Source: Candidatus Staskawiczbacteria bacterium
GTDB taxonomy: Bacteria > Patescibacteriota > Minisyncoccia > Minisyncoccales > Staskawiczbacteraceae
Assembly: GCA_026395295.1 (NCBI GenBank)
Contig: JAPLYZ010000011.1
Location: forward strand, 1-63,816
DNA: 63,816 bases
Direction: 5' to 3'
Positions 30,061-40,200 of the stretch are shown piece by piece. The notes beneath the pieces were generated by a model. The model searched no databases, was not told where the DNA came from, and was given only the letters and a program-made list of their open reading frames with translations. Both the position numbers and the translations under genes were made by a program. Each line of letters begins with the position of its first letter. Within the stretch, counting starts at the first letter, position 1.

Positions 30061-30579
30061 CTAAGACGCCAAAGAGTCTATGATGTTTTTAATTGTTTGC
30101 GCGTCTTCTTTGGTTATGCTTCTTGGGATTGAAATTTGAGCTTTGCCGGAGTTGAAAGAGAGGTCTATCTTATGCAAGTTGTCCACAGGGCTGTGGATAG
30201 GGTCAGATAGCTTTATATTATTTTTATCTGTTTTATCTTTTTTAATTAACAGGGGTGTGGATTTCTTTGTTTTCACGATCCAATTTTGCGTTTTGCCGGG
30301 CTCTATGCCATATTTTCTGTAATCTTTTACAACTTTAAGCAGCCTGGCTTTATAGGTGTTAAGCGAGACAATGCTTTTGTCTTTATGCGCCATTACTAAG
30401 CTTCTGAAAATTTCTCCTATGCTGTCTTCCACCATGTCTATTGATTTTAACTCTTCTGCGTTAAGCTCTTTCTCAAAAATTTTCAGCGCAGATTTTAAAT
30501 TATTTGCCGTGTTGGCGGGATATTTTCTGTTAGCCTTTGCGAAATCTACAAAATCGTATAAATTTATAAATTTAGTCAC
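30061..30579 (-). CDS. Hypothetical protein
   Basis: 172-aa ORF with GTG start abutting an 85-bp repeat. Confidence 0.6.
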   Translation of the reverse strand: MTKFINLYDFVDFAKANRKYPANTANNLKSALKIFEKELNAEELKSIDMVEDSIGEIFRSLVMAHKDKSIVSLNTYKARLLKVVKDYRKYGIEPGKTQNWIVKTKKSTPLLIKKDKTDKNNIKLSDPIHSPVDNLHKIDLSFNSGKAQISIPRSITKEDAQTIKNIIDSLAS

Positions 30580-30663
30580 GGGTCTGCGAGCAAGGCGAGC
30601 AGATTTGCTTCGAAATTTTAGCAGGATATATCTTATGCATTACTGCTAAAAATTTCGCTGAAC
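30579..30663 (-). repeat. 85-bp structured repeat, copy 2
   Basis: Reverse complement GTTCAGCG...CGAAGCAAATCTGCTCGCCTTGCTCGCAGACCCG. Confidence 0.8.
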
Positions 30664-30724
30664 ACCCTGCGTTATTTTATCTTATCTTTTATTATCCTAT
30701 TTTATCACAAAGAAGATATAAATA

Positions 30725-30754
30725 AAAGCCTTGCCATTCTATAGGCAAGGCTTT
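30725..30754. terminator. Hairpin terminator after the tRNA-Arg/Gly transcript
   Basis: AAAGCCTTGCC-8 nt-GGCAAGGCTTT. Confidence 0.7.
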
Positions 30755-30756
30755 CT

Positions 30757-30827
30757 CTTGAGCAGGTAAGGGGAGTCGCCCCGTCATTCGACGGGGCGCC
30801 CTATCGGATGATAGGGCGAACCCATTT
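30757..30827 (-). repeat. tRNA-3'-end echo with double hairpin in the T-loop, copy 2
   Basis: AAATGGGTT CG ccctatc-atcc-gataggg CG ccccgtc-gaat-gacgggg CG ACTCCCCTTACCTGCTCAAG; last 22 nt identical to the tRNA-Gly 3' end. Confidence 0.9.
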
Positions 30828-30835
30828 GAAGCTTG

Positions 30836-30906
30836 AGCAGGTAAGGGGAGTCGAACCCCTCTCATTAGCTTGGAAAGCTAAGGTAATACCGATATACGAT
30901 ACCTGC
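30836..30906 (-). tRNA. tRNA-Gly(TCC)
   Basis: GCAGGTATCGTATATCGG...TTAGC TT TCC AA GCTAA...GGTTCGACTCC. Confidence 0.95.
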
Positions 30907-30916
30907 TTAATTATTT

Positions 30917-30991
30917 TGGTGCCCTCGGTTGGAATCGAACCAACATCTAAATCTTAGAAGGATTCTATTCTATCCATTGAACTACGAGGGC
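30917..30991 (-). tRNA. tRNA-Arg(TCT)
   Basis: GCCCTCGTAGTTCAATGGATAG...CT TCT AA...GGTTCGATTCC...CGAGGGCACCA. Confidence 0.95.
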
Positions 30992-31024
30992 GATTTATTA
31001 GTATCTTATCACAAAACTTTTCCT

Positions 31025-31053
31025 TTGACAATAACCTCTTTTTGATATATTAT
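31025..31053 (+). promoter_or_regulatory. sigma70 promoter for tRNA-Pro/His
   Basis: TTGACA-17 nt-TATTAT, ending about 10 nt before the tRNA. Confidence 0.7.
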
Positions 31054-31062
31054 CCATAGTAT

Positions 31063-31133
31063 CGGGGTATAGTGTAACGGTAGCACGAGTCGTTTGGGAC
31101 GATTTAGTTAGGGTTCAAATCCCTATACCCCGA
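31063..31133 (+). tRNA. tRNA-Pro(TGG)
   Basis: CGGGGTATAGTGTAACGG...TT TGG GA...GGTTCAAATCC. Confidence 0.95.
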
Positions 31134-31143
31134 CAAAATTTAT

Positions 31144-31217
31144 GGCGGCTATGGTGTAACGGTTTCGCACTAGACTCTGTGGCAGTCTCAGAACGGGTTC
31201 GACTCCCGTTAGCCGCC
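31144..31217 (+). tRNA. tRNA-His(GTG)
   Basis: G-1:C73 pair; AGACT CT GTG GC AGTCT; GGTTCGACTCC. Confidence 0.93.
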
Positions 31218-31248
31218 CAAAAAAATATTATTAAAAAATAAAAAACAT

Positions 31249-31650
31249 ATGGCAAAGGGATTTTGTAAAAATATAGAAAAAGACACAATAGAAAATGAAA
31301 ATTTTAGAAAAGTTTTATACACCGGAAAGCACAGCCAATTAGTTTTGATGTCTCTTAAACCAAAAGAAGAAATTGGCATGGAGGTTCACGAGGACAACGA
31401 TCAATTTTTTCGTTTTGAAAAAGGCCAAGGCAAGGTAATTATTGATGGCAACGAATACGAGGTCAAAGATGGATTTGCGGTTGTTGTGCCTGCCGGGTCT
31501 CAGCATAACGTGATAAACACCTCCAAAACAAAAGAGCTAAAACTTTACACCATTTATTCTCCCGCTCATCACAAAGATGGAATTGTCAGGACAACGAAGA
31601 TTGAAGCAGAATCTAACGAAGCGGAATTTGACGGAAAAACGAGTGAATAA
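31249..31650 (+). CDS. Cupin-domain protein
   Basis: IGMEVH..NDQFF, VPAGSQHNVIN, LYTIYSPAHH. Confidence 0.9.
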   Translation: MAKGFCKNIEKDTIENENFRKVLYTGKHSQLVLMSLKPKEEIGMEVHEDNDQFFRFEKGQGKVIIDGNEYEVKDGFAVVVPAGSQHNVINTSKTKELKLYTIYSPAHHKDGIVRTTKIEAESNEAEFDGKTSE

Positions 31651-31706
31651 AATTTTCAAGAGGGGGATAGGGACACTTTCCTCTCTTTTTTTACGTATTA
31701 AAAAAA

Positions 31707-32498
31707 ATGGATAACATTATACAAATAAAAAATCTTACCAAGAAATTTGGCGGACTCACAGCGGTTGATAATGTTAGTTTTGATGTGAAAAAAGGGGAGA
31801 TTTTCGCGTTTCTTGGGCCAAACGGAGCCGGTAAAACAACAACCATAAAAATGCTTACCACCCTTGCCGGTCCAACATCGGGAAGTATTTTAATCAACGG
31901 TTACAACCCGGCAAAACAACAGGAAGAAGCAAGGGCTTCTTTTGGCATTGTTTTTCAAGATCCAAGTTTGGATGACGAATTAACCGCCTACGAAAATTTA
32001 GATATGCACGGCATGCTTTACAAAGTTAAAAAGGAAGACAGAAAAGAGAGAATTAAGCTGTTGCTAACCTTTGTTGAGCTTTGGGACAGGAAAGACGATT
32101 TGGTGAAACATTTTTCCGGTGGCATGAAAAGGCGTTTGGAAATTGCCCGCGGGTTTTTACATCATCCGAAAGTTTTGTTTTTAGACGAGCCGACAATTGG
32201 GCTTGATCCGCAAACCAGAAACCACATTTGGGAGTATTTAAAAAAAATGAACAAAGAAGAGGGTACCACTGTTTTTCTGACCACTCACTATATGCAAGAG
32301 GCCGACAAGGTTTCAGACAGGATTGCTATAATTGACCACGGGAAAATTGTTGCTCAGGGCACAGCAGAAGAATTAAAGTTAAAAACCAAGACAAATTCTT
32401 TGGAAGAAGCATTTTTGGCGCTTACCGGAACCGCCATCCGCGAGGAAATTGTTAAAAACCAGTCGATGTCGGGCATGGCGCGAGGCTGGCGCCGATAA
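31707..32498 (+). CDS. ABC-2 (DrrA-like) ATP-binding protein
   Basis: GPNGAGKTT, FSGGMKRRLE, LDEPT, TTHY. Confidence 0.93.
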   Translation: MDNIIQIKNLTKKFGGLTAVDNVSFDVKKGEIFAFLGPNGAGKTTTIKMLTTLAGPTSGSILINGYNPAKQQEEARASFGIVFQDPSLDDELTAYENLDMHGMLYKVKKEDRKERIKLLLTFVELWDRKDDLVKHFSGGMKRRLEIARGFLHHPKVLFLDEPTIGLDPQTRNHIWEYLKKMNKEEGTTVFLTTHYMQEADKVSDRIAIIDHGKIVAQGTAEELKLKTKTNSLEEAFLALTGTAIREEIVKNQSMSGMARGWRR

Positions 32499-32503
32499 AA
32501 ATT

Positions 32504-33250
32504 ATGATTGCAATTTATACCCTTTGGGTAAGGGAAGTCAAAAAATATTTCAGGTCAAAATCAAGGATAATAGGATCATTGGGCCAGCCGATTTTATTTT
32601 TGGTTGCCCTTGGTTTTGGCTTGGGGCCTATTTTTCAAAAAGCCGGACAGGGCAATTACATTGAATTTTTGGTTCCGGGAATTATTTCAATGAGCATTTT
32701 GTTTTTGGCCATTTTTTCCGGAATCAGCGTTATTTGGGACAGGCAATTCGGATTTTTGAAAGAAACCTTGGTGGCTCCGGTTCCGAGATGGCAAATTATG
32801 CTGGGCAGAACCTTGGGCGGAGCAACCGTGGCAGTAATGCAGGGAATAATTGTTTTTGTAATATCTTTTCTGGTTGGTTTCCATATGCAAAATTGGGGAT
32901 TGGTTTTTATGGCAATAGTTTTTATGGCAATGATTGCTTTGCTTTTCACGGCGCTTGGAACAGCCATTGCTTCTGTTTTAGAAGATATGCACGGCTTTCA
33001 GCTGATAATGAATTTTTTGGTAATGCCCATATTTTTTCTTTCCGGAGCCTTGTTCCCCCTTAGCAATCTGCCCAAGGCATTAAAAATAATAGTTATGTTT
33101 GACCCGTTATCTTACGGAGTAGACGGCTTGCGCGGAACTTTGGGCGGAGTTGCGCAGTTTAGTTTGCTCACTGATTTCTGGGTTTTAGCTGTTATTGTAG
33201 CAGCTCTTGTTGCCATCGGCAGTTATCTTTTCAGCAAAATCCAAGTCTGA
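32504..33250 (+). CDS. ABC-2 type permease
   Basis: FLVPGI, DRQFGFLKETLVAP, FLSGALFP, PLSYGVD. Confidence 0.92.
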   Translation: MIAIYTLWVREVKKYFRSKSRIIGSLGQPILFLVALGFGLGPIFQKAGQGNYIEFLVPGIISMSILFLAIFSGISVIWDRQFGFLKETLVAPVPRWQIMLGRTLGGATVAVMQGIIVFVISFLVGFHMQNWGLVFMAIVFMAMIALLFTALGTAIASVLEDMHGFQLIMNFLVMPIFFLSGALFPLSNLPKALKIIVMFDPLSYGVDGLRGTLGGVAQFSLLTDFWVLAVIVAALVAIGSYLFSKIQV

Positions 33251-33277
33251 TTGTATAAAAAATAGAAAATAATGTTA

Positions 33278-33308
33278 AAAAAATCCGCGAAACTATCGCG
33301 GATTTTTT
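33278..33308. terminator. Bidirectional intrinsic terminator
   Basis: AAAAAATCCGCGA-aacta-TCGCGGATTTTTT. Confidence 0.8.
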
Positions 33309-33327
33309 AGTGCATGTCAGTACGTTT

Positions 33328-34359
33328 TTAGATTTTTTCTTCAAGTTTGGCAGAGAGGCTGAGCTTTTTTCCGTCGCGCAGAACATCCAAGGTTGTTTTC
33401 TCTCCAATTTTGCATTTTTGCAAAATGTTTGCCAGCGGATTTTTAGCTGTAATTTTTTCGCCGTTGCATTCTAAAATTATATCCCATTCTTTAACTCCGG
33501 CCAAATCTGCTGCCGAGCCTTTAATAACAGGCGGTTCGCCCAGCGCTTCTCGCACAACTATGGCGCCATCGTTCACGGGCAGCTTGTTTGCTTCTGCCAT
33601 TTCTTTGGAAATCAAAACATATTTTATTCCCAAAAATGGCATTATAATTTTCCCATATTTTTTAACCTCTTCCAAATCTTTTTTGGCATAGTTTATGGGA
33701 ATTGCGAATCCAATGTTTTGAGCTCCGGCAATCATGGCAGTGTTTATGCCAATGACTTTTCCTTCCATGTTTATCAGGGGTCCGCCCGAGTTGCCCGGGT
33801 TTATTGCCGCGTCAGTTTGTATTAAGCCTCTTAAATTTTGCATTTGGTTGTCTAAACCTCCAAAAGCAGTAATAAACCGCGATAAGCCGGAAACAATTCC
33901 GGCTGACAAGGTGTCGGTAAATTCGCCAAGGGCGTTTCCAACTGCCACCACCTCTTCGCCCAGCTCAATTTTGTGCGAGTCGGCCATTTCTAAATATGGA
34001 AACCTTTCTCCTTCAATTTTCAGCACGGCCGTGTCGTTAATTGGGTTGCGCGATAAGACCTTGGCGGGGTATTTGTGCTTTGGATCTAAAACCACTGTGT
34101 AGTCGGCTGTTGCGTCAGACACCACATGGTTTGAGGTCATAACATAGCCGTTTTCTGAAACAATAAAACCCGACCCTCCGCCAATTTTAGTTTTTTCCAC
34201 TTTGCTTTTTTGACCTTTCCCAAGTTTTGGCATTACATATTCTTTGTCGCCAAAAGGAAAAGAATAAAAATTTTCCGCTTTTGGCAAATCTTTTGAGGCA
34301 ATAACAGTAATTACCGCCGGGCAAACTCTTTTTGCTATTTCTATAATAGGTGACTTCAT
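33328..34359 (-). CDS. HtrA/DegP-like serine protease with one PDZ domain
   Basis: GSGFIV, SNHV, IQTDAAINPGNSGGPL, C-terminal PDZ. Confidence 0.92.
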   Translation of the reverse strand: MKSPIIEIAKRVCPAVITVIASKDLPKAENFYSFPFGDKEYVMPKLGKGQKSKVEKTKIGGGSGFIVSENGYVMTSNHVVSDATADYTVVLDPKHKYPAKVLSRNPINDTAVLKIEGERFPYLEMADSHKIELGEEVVAVGNALGEFTDTLSAGIVSGLSRFITAFGGLDNQMQNLRGLIQTDAAINPGNSGGPLINMEGKVIGINTAMIAGAQNIGFAIPINYAKKDLEEVKKYGKIIMPFLGIKYVLISKEMAEANKLPVNDGAIVVREALGEPPVIKGSAADLAGVKEWDIILECNGEKITAKNPLANILQKCKIGEKTTLDVLRDGKKLSLSAKLEEKI

Positions 34360-34488
34360 AGTTTTATAATTTAAAATTATTTTTCTTTATTGTATCAGAA
34401 CCCGCGTTATATTGCAAAAAGTAAGGGAATATGATAGTTTATAAACAGTTCTTAACAATAACAATTAGCAAGAGAAAGCTGGTGCAAT

Positions 34489-35391
34489 ATGAGCAAATTA
34501 GTTCGTGTGATTGATGGAGGAGGAAACGGTTTCCGCTCGGCAGATGTGATTGGGACAAAAGTGTCCAATTTCACTCAAACGAAAAAAGACGAAATCAGAG
34601 ACGCAGACGCGCTCTTCAGGTTTGTTGCAAACGGACTGACCCCTGCGCATGCCGGTATTGCCTATGCCATGGCAGGCGACATCAAGAACGGAGTCATGAT
34701 TAAATCTCCGCAATTGCCGTGGTTGAACGGTGTTGATCTGCAAACAGGAACCAACAGGGTGTGCAGAAGGCCCGTGCACGTGGACAATGATATGAACGGC
34801 GCCGTTGCCGGTATGGCAACGCTGCTGGACAACCCCCCTTTTTTCATGGGCATTACCCATTCCTCGGGAATCGGCGAGCGCATTTGGAAAGACGGTAAGA
34901 TTTTGACAGTCTCGTGCGAAGGTGGCCATGTCCAAGTGGATCGGTCTCCATTTGCCACGCTCTGCGGATGCGGATTGCGTGGGTGTGTGGAGTCAATATG
35001 CGGTGGTGAGGCTGTCAGGCGCCGGGTGATTGCTGAAACCGAGATTTTAGGAATTACAATTCCCAAAGGTGTTCATCCTTGCGCGTTTTTGGACAAATGC
35101 GCCGAGGACGGACAACCCTGGGCGATTAACATCTACGACATGGTCAACTCAGCCATGGGCTTGTACCTGGCAACAATACAAACCCTTCTTCACTTACCCT
35201 TGGTGGTTTGGAAAGGCACTTTTGCCGCCAGGTCCCTGCCAACCATGGAGCACGAAATCCGGTGCCATATGCGCCGGCACCTCATGAACCCCGATTGGGA
35301 AAAGGATATGAAATTCATCATGTCGCCTGACCCGGAAAAGGACTCCTTGATTGGAGCCGCCGCGCTTTTTGAGCAGGCTTACCCCGGGTAA
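34489..35391 (+). CDS. ROK family protein (sugar kinase-like)
   Basis: IDGGG, VDNDMN, SGIG, EGGH, CGCGLRGCVE. Confidence 0.85.
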   Translation: MSKLVRVIDGGGNGFRSADVIGTKVSNFTQTKKDEIRDADALFRFVANGLTPAHAGIAYAMAGDIKNGVMIKSPQLPWLNGVDLQTGTNRVCRRPVHVDNDMNGAVAGMATLLDNPPFFMGITHSSGIGERIWKDGKILTVSCEGGHVQVDRSPFATLCGCGLRGCVESICGGEAVRRRVIAETEILGITIPKGVHPCAFLDKCAEDGQPWAINIYDMVNSAMGLYLATIQTLLHLPLVVWKGTFAARSLPTMEHEIRCHMRRHLMNPDWEKDMKFIMSPDPEKDSLIGAAALFEQAYPG

Positions 35392-35481
35392 GCAAGGCTT
35401 TCAGCTTTTTTCGCAAAGTGCTTGAGACATCAAGCACTATTTTTTTTACTAATTTTATGCTAATATTATTCAATCAATTAT

Positions 35482-35553
35482 GCCCCTGTAGTTCAATGGA
35501 TAGAACAGCTCACTCCTAACGAGCAAATCCAGGTCCGATTCCTGGTGGGGGCA
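35482..35553 (+). tRNA. tRNA-Arg(CCT)
   Basis: GCCCCTGTAGTTCAATGGATAG...CT CCT AA...GGTCCGATTCC...GGGGGCA. Confidence 0.92.
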
Positions 35554-35555
35554 CT

Positions 35556-35625
35556 AAATGGGTTCGCCCTATCATGCGATAGGGCGCCCAGTCGGATGAC
35601 TGGGCGATTCCTACCGAGGGCACTA
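35556..35625 (+). repeat. tRNA-3'-end echo with double hairpin in the T-loop, copy 3
   Basis: AAATGGGTT CG ccctatc-atgc-gataggg CG cccagtc-ggat-gactggg CG ATTCCTACCGAGGGCACTA. Confidence 0.9.
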
Positions 35626-35633
35626 ATAAAATA

Positions 35634-35813
35634 ATGCAATATATGTTAACGCCAAAATCAGCAGAAAAAATTCAAGATGAAATTTATTATAATATGCCTT
35701 CTGAGAAAAAGATAAGGCTGACGAGCCAGTTTTTTATGCTTGGTAAAAAATTAAAAGAATCTAAAACAGTTTCAAAAAATGAATCCGGAAGAACTATTAG
35801 CCGAGATAGCTAA
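35634..35813 (+). CDS. Small protein, probable partner of the downstream nucleotidyltransferase
   Basis: 59-aa ORF (..AEKIQDEIYYNMPSEKKIRL..) overlapping the next start; below the ORF-track cutoff. Confidence 0.55.
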   Translation: MQYMLTPKSAEKIQDEIYYNMPSEKKIRLTSQFFMLGKKLKESKTVSKNESGRTISRDS

Positions 35814-36248
35814 AATTTTAAAAGACCTGAAAATTTCCTATGCCATCACAGGCGGGTTTGCGGTGTCTGTTTGGGGGAGGCCAAGATATACAGCCGATAT
35901 TGATATTGTTGTAGAGTTGATAGAAAAGAACATAAAACCGCTGGCATAAAAGTTGATTTTTTTGTGATGAACGACAGCCCATATAACAAGTTAAAAGTAA
36001 AAAGAGCGGTGTTGCGAGATATGTACGGAGCAAAAGAATTTTTTGTTTCCCCGGAGGATCTAATTTTAAGTAAACTAACTTGGGCAAAAGAAAGTTCTTC
36101 TCAAAAACAATGGGAAGATATCAAAACCGTTTTGAAAAATTCTAAAATAAAGCTGGATTTTAAATATCTCAAAGTTTGGGCGCGAGAGCACGAAACTATA
36201 GACACTTTGAATGATTTAATGAGAGAGCGAGGGTTAAGTGGTTATTAA
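35779..36248 (+). pseudogene. Nucleotidyltransferase (DUF6036/AbiEii-like) broken by an internal deletion and frameshift
   Basis: N-part ITGGFAVSVWGRPRYTADIDIVV stops at 35949; C-part GIKVDFF..SPEDLILSKL..QWEDI is in another frame. Confidence 0.75.
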
Positions 36249-36256
36249 GTATTTTT

Positions 36257-37273
36257 ATGAATAGGTATCTCAAGATTTTTTTGTTTATCGTTCCAACGAT
36301 TATAATTTTAGTTATTTTTTTGGATGTATTTTCTAAGAACCCTCAGACTGAGGGGTTTTTTACAATTTCAAGAGGAGATAATGTTTTGCAAATTGCCGGT
36401 AATTTGCAAAATAAAGGATATATTACAAGCAGAATAATGTTTGTCTGGCAGGCAGTTGCATCGGGAAATTTAAAAAAAATGAAAGCCGGCAGATATTATA
36501 TAGAAAAAGGTTTAACAGATAAAAATTTGATAGAAAAATTTGTGAAATTTCAGTCCTTGCCCATAAGCGTTTTAATTGCTCCCGGAAAAACCACCAACAA
36601 CATAGCGCAAATTTTAAGCCAGAATTACATAGTTGGCAAAAGCGAGTTTTTGAATTTAGTTTTGAACAACGATAAAAAAAGCTACGCTGAGTTTTATTCT
36701 TCGCTTCTGCAAAAATATGCGTTTTTGTCAGATAAGCCGAAAGATGTTGGGCTTGAAGGTTATTTATTTCCGGATAGTTATCTAATTGATTCTTCGGCTT
36801 CCAGCCAAGACATTGTAAAGCAAATGATGGACAATTTTGACAAAAAGTTGACGCAGGAGATGAGGGAAGAAATAAAAAAACAGAAACGGACAATTTTTGA
36901 AGTTATAACAATGGCGTCAATTTTGGAAAAGGAAGTTAAGACTCAAAAAGATAAACAGGTTGTTGCCGGAGTTTTATGGAAGCGGGCGGACAATGGTTTG
37001 CCTTTGGAAGTTGACTCAACTTTACTATATTTTTTAGCCTCCCAACATCCAAGCGCAATTGATAAGAATGTTGATTCGCCATATAATACATATAAGCATG
37101 CAGGTTTGCCTGTTGGCCCAATTTGCAACCCGGGCATAAACAGTATTTTAGCCGCAATTTATCCTGAAAATTCCGATTATTGGTTTTATTTAAGCGCTCC
37201 CGGCGGAGAGACTATTTTTTCAAAAAATTTAGGTCAGCATTTAATAAACAAAGCAAAATATTTAACTAATTAA
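36257..37273 (+). CDS. mltG: Endolytic transglycosylase MltG
   Basis: LEGYLFPDSY, ASILEKE, SPYNTY...GLPVGPICNPG. Confidence 0.93.
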   Translation: MNRYLKIFLFIVPTIIILVIFLDVFSKNPQTEGFFTISRGDNVLQIAGNLQNKGYITSRIMFVWQAVASGNLKKMKAGRYYIEKGLTDKNLIEKFVKFQSLPISVLIAPGKTTNNIAQILSQNYIVGKSEFLNLVLNNDKKSYAEFYSSLLQKYAFLSDKPKDVGLEGYLFPDSYLIDSSASSQDIVKQMMDNFDKKLTQEMREEIKKQKRTIFEVITMASILEKEVKTQKDKQVVAGVLWKRADNGLPLEVDSTLLYFLASQHPSAIDKNVDSPYNTYKHAGLPVGPICNPGINSILAAIYPENSDYWFYLSAPGGETIFSKNLGQHLINKAKYLTN

Positions 37274-37291
37274 TAACATTAAATTAAAAAT

Positions 37292-40200
37292 ATGGATAAA
37301 AATATATTTCGTTTACGCAATATTCTGTTGGGAGTTTTTTGTGTGGCGCTGATTTCCGTTGGTCTGTATTTTTTTATGGGTAGCCAATCGGGTCTAAACA
37401 TATCTTACAGCGAGAATTATAGGCTGGTCCCGGAAAAAATATCTCAATCAGCTGCTATAAGAATTTCTTTGCCCAAAGGCGTTGATAAACAACTGGCTGA
37501 AAAAGGCGTTACTTTTGACCCGCAAATAAAAGGAACTTGGGTGGAAGGAAAGCAAACAGCATGGTGGCAAGCGCAAAAGGCGATAGCGGCAATTACCGAG
37601 CAAAAAATAAATACAAATTTTATTGTTTTTAAACCGCAGAATTCTTTGGACTTAGATAAATATTATGCGGTTAAGGTTGATTTAGGACAAGGGAAAATTT
37701 TAGCCAGTGATTTCTTGGTGGCGGAAAATCCGAAAGTAAATGCCATTTTTCCGGCCGTAAACTCAGAAGCTCCTGACAATTCTAAAATTACAATAATTTT
37801 TAATCGGCCAATGGTTCCTGTAACAACCATTGATCAATTGGAAGGGCAAAGCATTCCGGTGGAAATAAGCCCTGCCACTGACGGAAAGTTTAAATGGATA
37901 AGCACAAATACGCTTCAATTTATTCCAAAAGACCATTTGAAAAGATCTGCTAACTATACAGTTAAAGTAAAAAATGGATTCACTTCCATGGACGGTTTGG
38001 CGGTGTCTAACTCTGAAAGCTCTTTTCAGGTTTTAAAATTGAGGTATGCTGACAGTGAAAATTACACCTTAATCCAAAGCCAAATTTACAACCAGCCTGT
38101 AAGGATATATTTTAACCAGCCGGTTGATTTAAGCAAAACAAAATCAAAAATAAAAATAACTGACGGAAACACCAACCAAGAAATTCCTTTTGTGGCGGAA
38201 TATGCTTTGAAAACTCAAGATGAGACAAAGAATAACCCGCAATACAAAACAGGAGATAATTTTAGTGGAGGTTTTGGGTTTAATTTTGTTGATCGGCTGA
38301 CAGCCAGTCTTCTGGATATTTTTACCGGCAAAAAGGGAGAGGTTGACCAGTCAATAATTGAACTCTATCCTAAAAAAGATTCTTTTGGCAGGAGCAAGTT
38401 TTGGGATTTCAACAAAAATTATACAGTTACTGTGAGTGGGGCCTACTCCAAAGAGGGAGATATAGCCCTGGATACTTCCAAAATAATAGATGTGCGCACA
38501 GCCGGCGTTGTCAACCAAGGGTCTGCGCATTCAGACAGGACCAATTTAGCAAGTTTAAATTTATTTGATCCTCAGGGATACTTAACCCTGACCTTTTTTG
38601 AAGACATAAATTTATCTAAAAGCCGAATTACCGCCGGTAATTTACAAAAAATAGAATATGGCCAAAAGTGCAAAGACGAGAACAGCTATTACGACCCGAA
38701 TTGCGAGAAAATTCAGGATAACAAAAAAATAAACATATATTTTAAATCCAGTGAAATAAAGCCCGGAGATAAACTCAGTGTCAACTTAGAGAAAGTGGTT
38801 AATACCGGCGGTTTGCAAATAAATAAAGATACTATAAACATCGGCATTTTGACTTATGGCCCGCTGACAATCAGTTTGGGCGATTCGTCAAAGTCTTATA
38901 GTAATTTAGACAAAAAATATTTGGACGGTTTTTATTTGTGTTCAAATAATCCTTTGGCCACCCCGGATAAAAAAGAATTTAAGCAGAAAATTTCCGGAAA
39001 TCTTGATTTCCAAATTAATTCTTTCAGTCAGTCTTGGCCATCATCTGGCGTTTCTCAGGCTTGTCCTTTGGGAACAATGATGACTTTTGTAAGAGGGGGG
39101 TTTGCGCCTGAAAGCATCTATAATCTTAATTTAGATTTGAATGATGTTTTTGGTCAAAATATTAAGAAGCAAATTTCTTTTAGCACAGGAACCATGGAAG
39201 CAGGCAGCGCATATGCCTTTGGGTTGCAACAGAGATATAGCGTTACTTCTCCGCAAAACGCGGTTTTAAATTTTGGCGCGCAGAATGTTTCTTATGTTGA
39301 CTTGGCCATTTGCAAGGCGTCGGCCATAGACTTTAAGCAAATGTATGACAGCAACATTATTGACTCTTCGGTTTGTAGTCAATACAAAACAAAACAAATA
39401 TCTTTGCCGGAAAAGTACTGGGTCAATAATTATTTTTCAGTAAATTTGGCAGATTATTTTACAGATCCGATAGGGAACTACGTGGTTTCCGTAAGCAATC
39501 CTTTGCTCTCAAATTATTCCGGTAAATTAAAAAATTATGTAACAGTGACTAATTTAGCTGTTGCGGAAAAGTCCATTGCCCCGGCAACAGATTATTTGGG
39601 CTCGGTTGAGGAGCAATTATCTTCACAACAGATAAGTAGCCTAAAAAATCTCTATTGGGTAACTGACATGAAAACCCAAAATCCAATTGCTGGAGCCAAG
39701 ATTAGCTTTTATGACAAAGGCGGAGGTTTGCTTGGCAATGCAACAACCAACAGTGACGGGTTGGCCTTTTCTGTGCCATCAATAGGAGCTGATTGCATTG
39801 TGGCCAGCTATGGGAGTGATAGCACAGTTGTTATGCAGAACAACGACCAAATGAACTGGAGTCAAAGCGCCTACAATTATAAAAAGACATTTATATATAC
39901 AGATAAGCCTTTATACAGGCCCGAGCAAACAGTGCATGCAAAAGGCATTCTGCGCATTGGCTACGACGGAAACTACGAAATGTTCAGTGACAAAACAATA
40001 GAGGTTAAAATCAGGAATTCTAAAGGAGTAATTGCTTTGGATAAAAATGTTGATATTAGCGCGTTCGGAACTTTTAACATTGACTTTGTTTTAGACAAAA
40101 ATTCTCCGCTTGGCACATACACCATTTGCGTTAAAGGAAGTTATGACTGCGCGTACTTTGACATTTTAGAATACGTTCCGGCGGCTTTCCAAGTCAGCCA

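Noticed and set aside
30179..30199. DnaA-box-like pair (and the single box at 51301) as a replication origin
   Set aside because: Too few boxes, one pair lies within a CDS, and there is no dnaA/dnaN or evident unwinding element.
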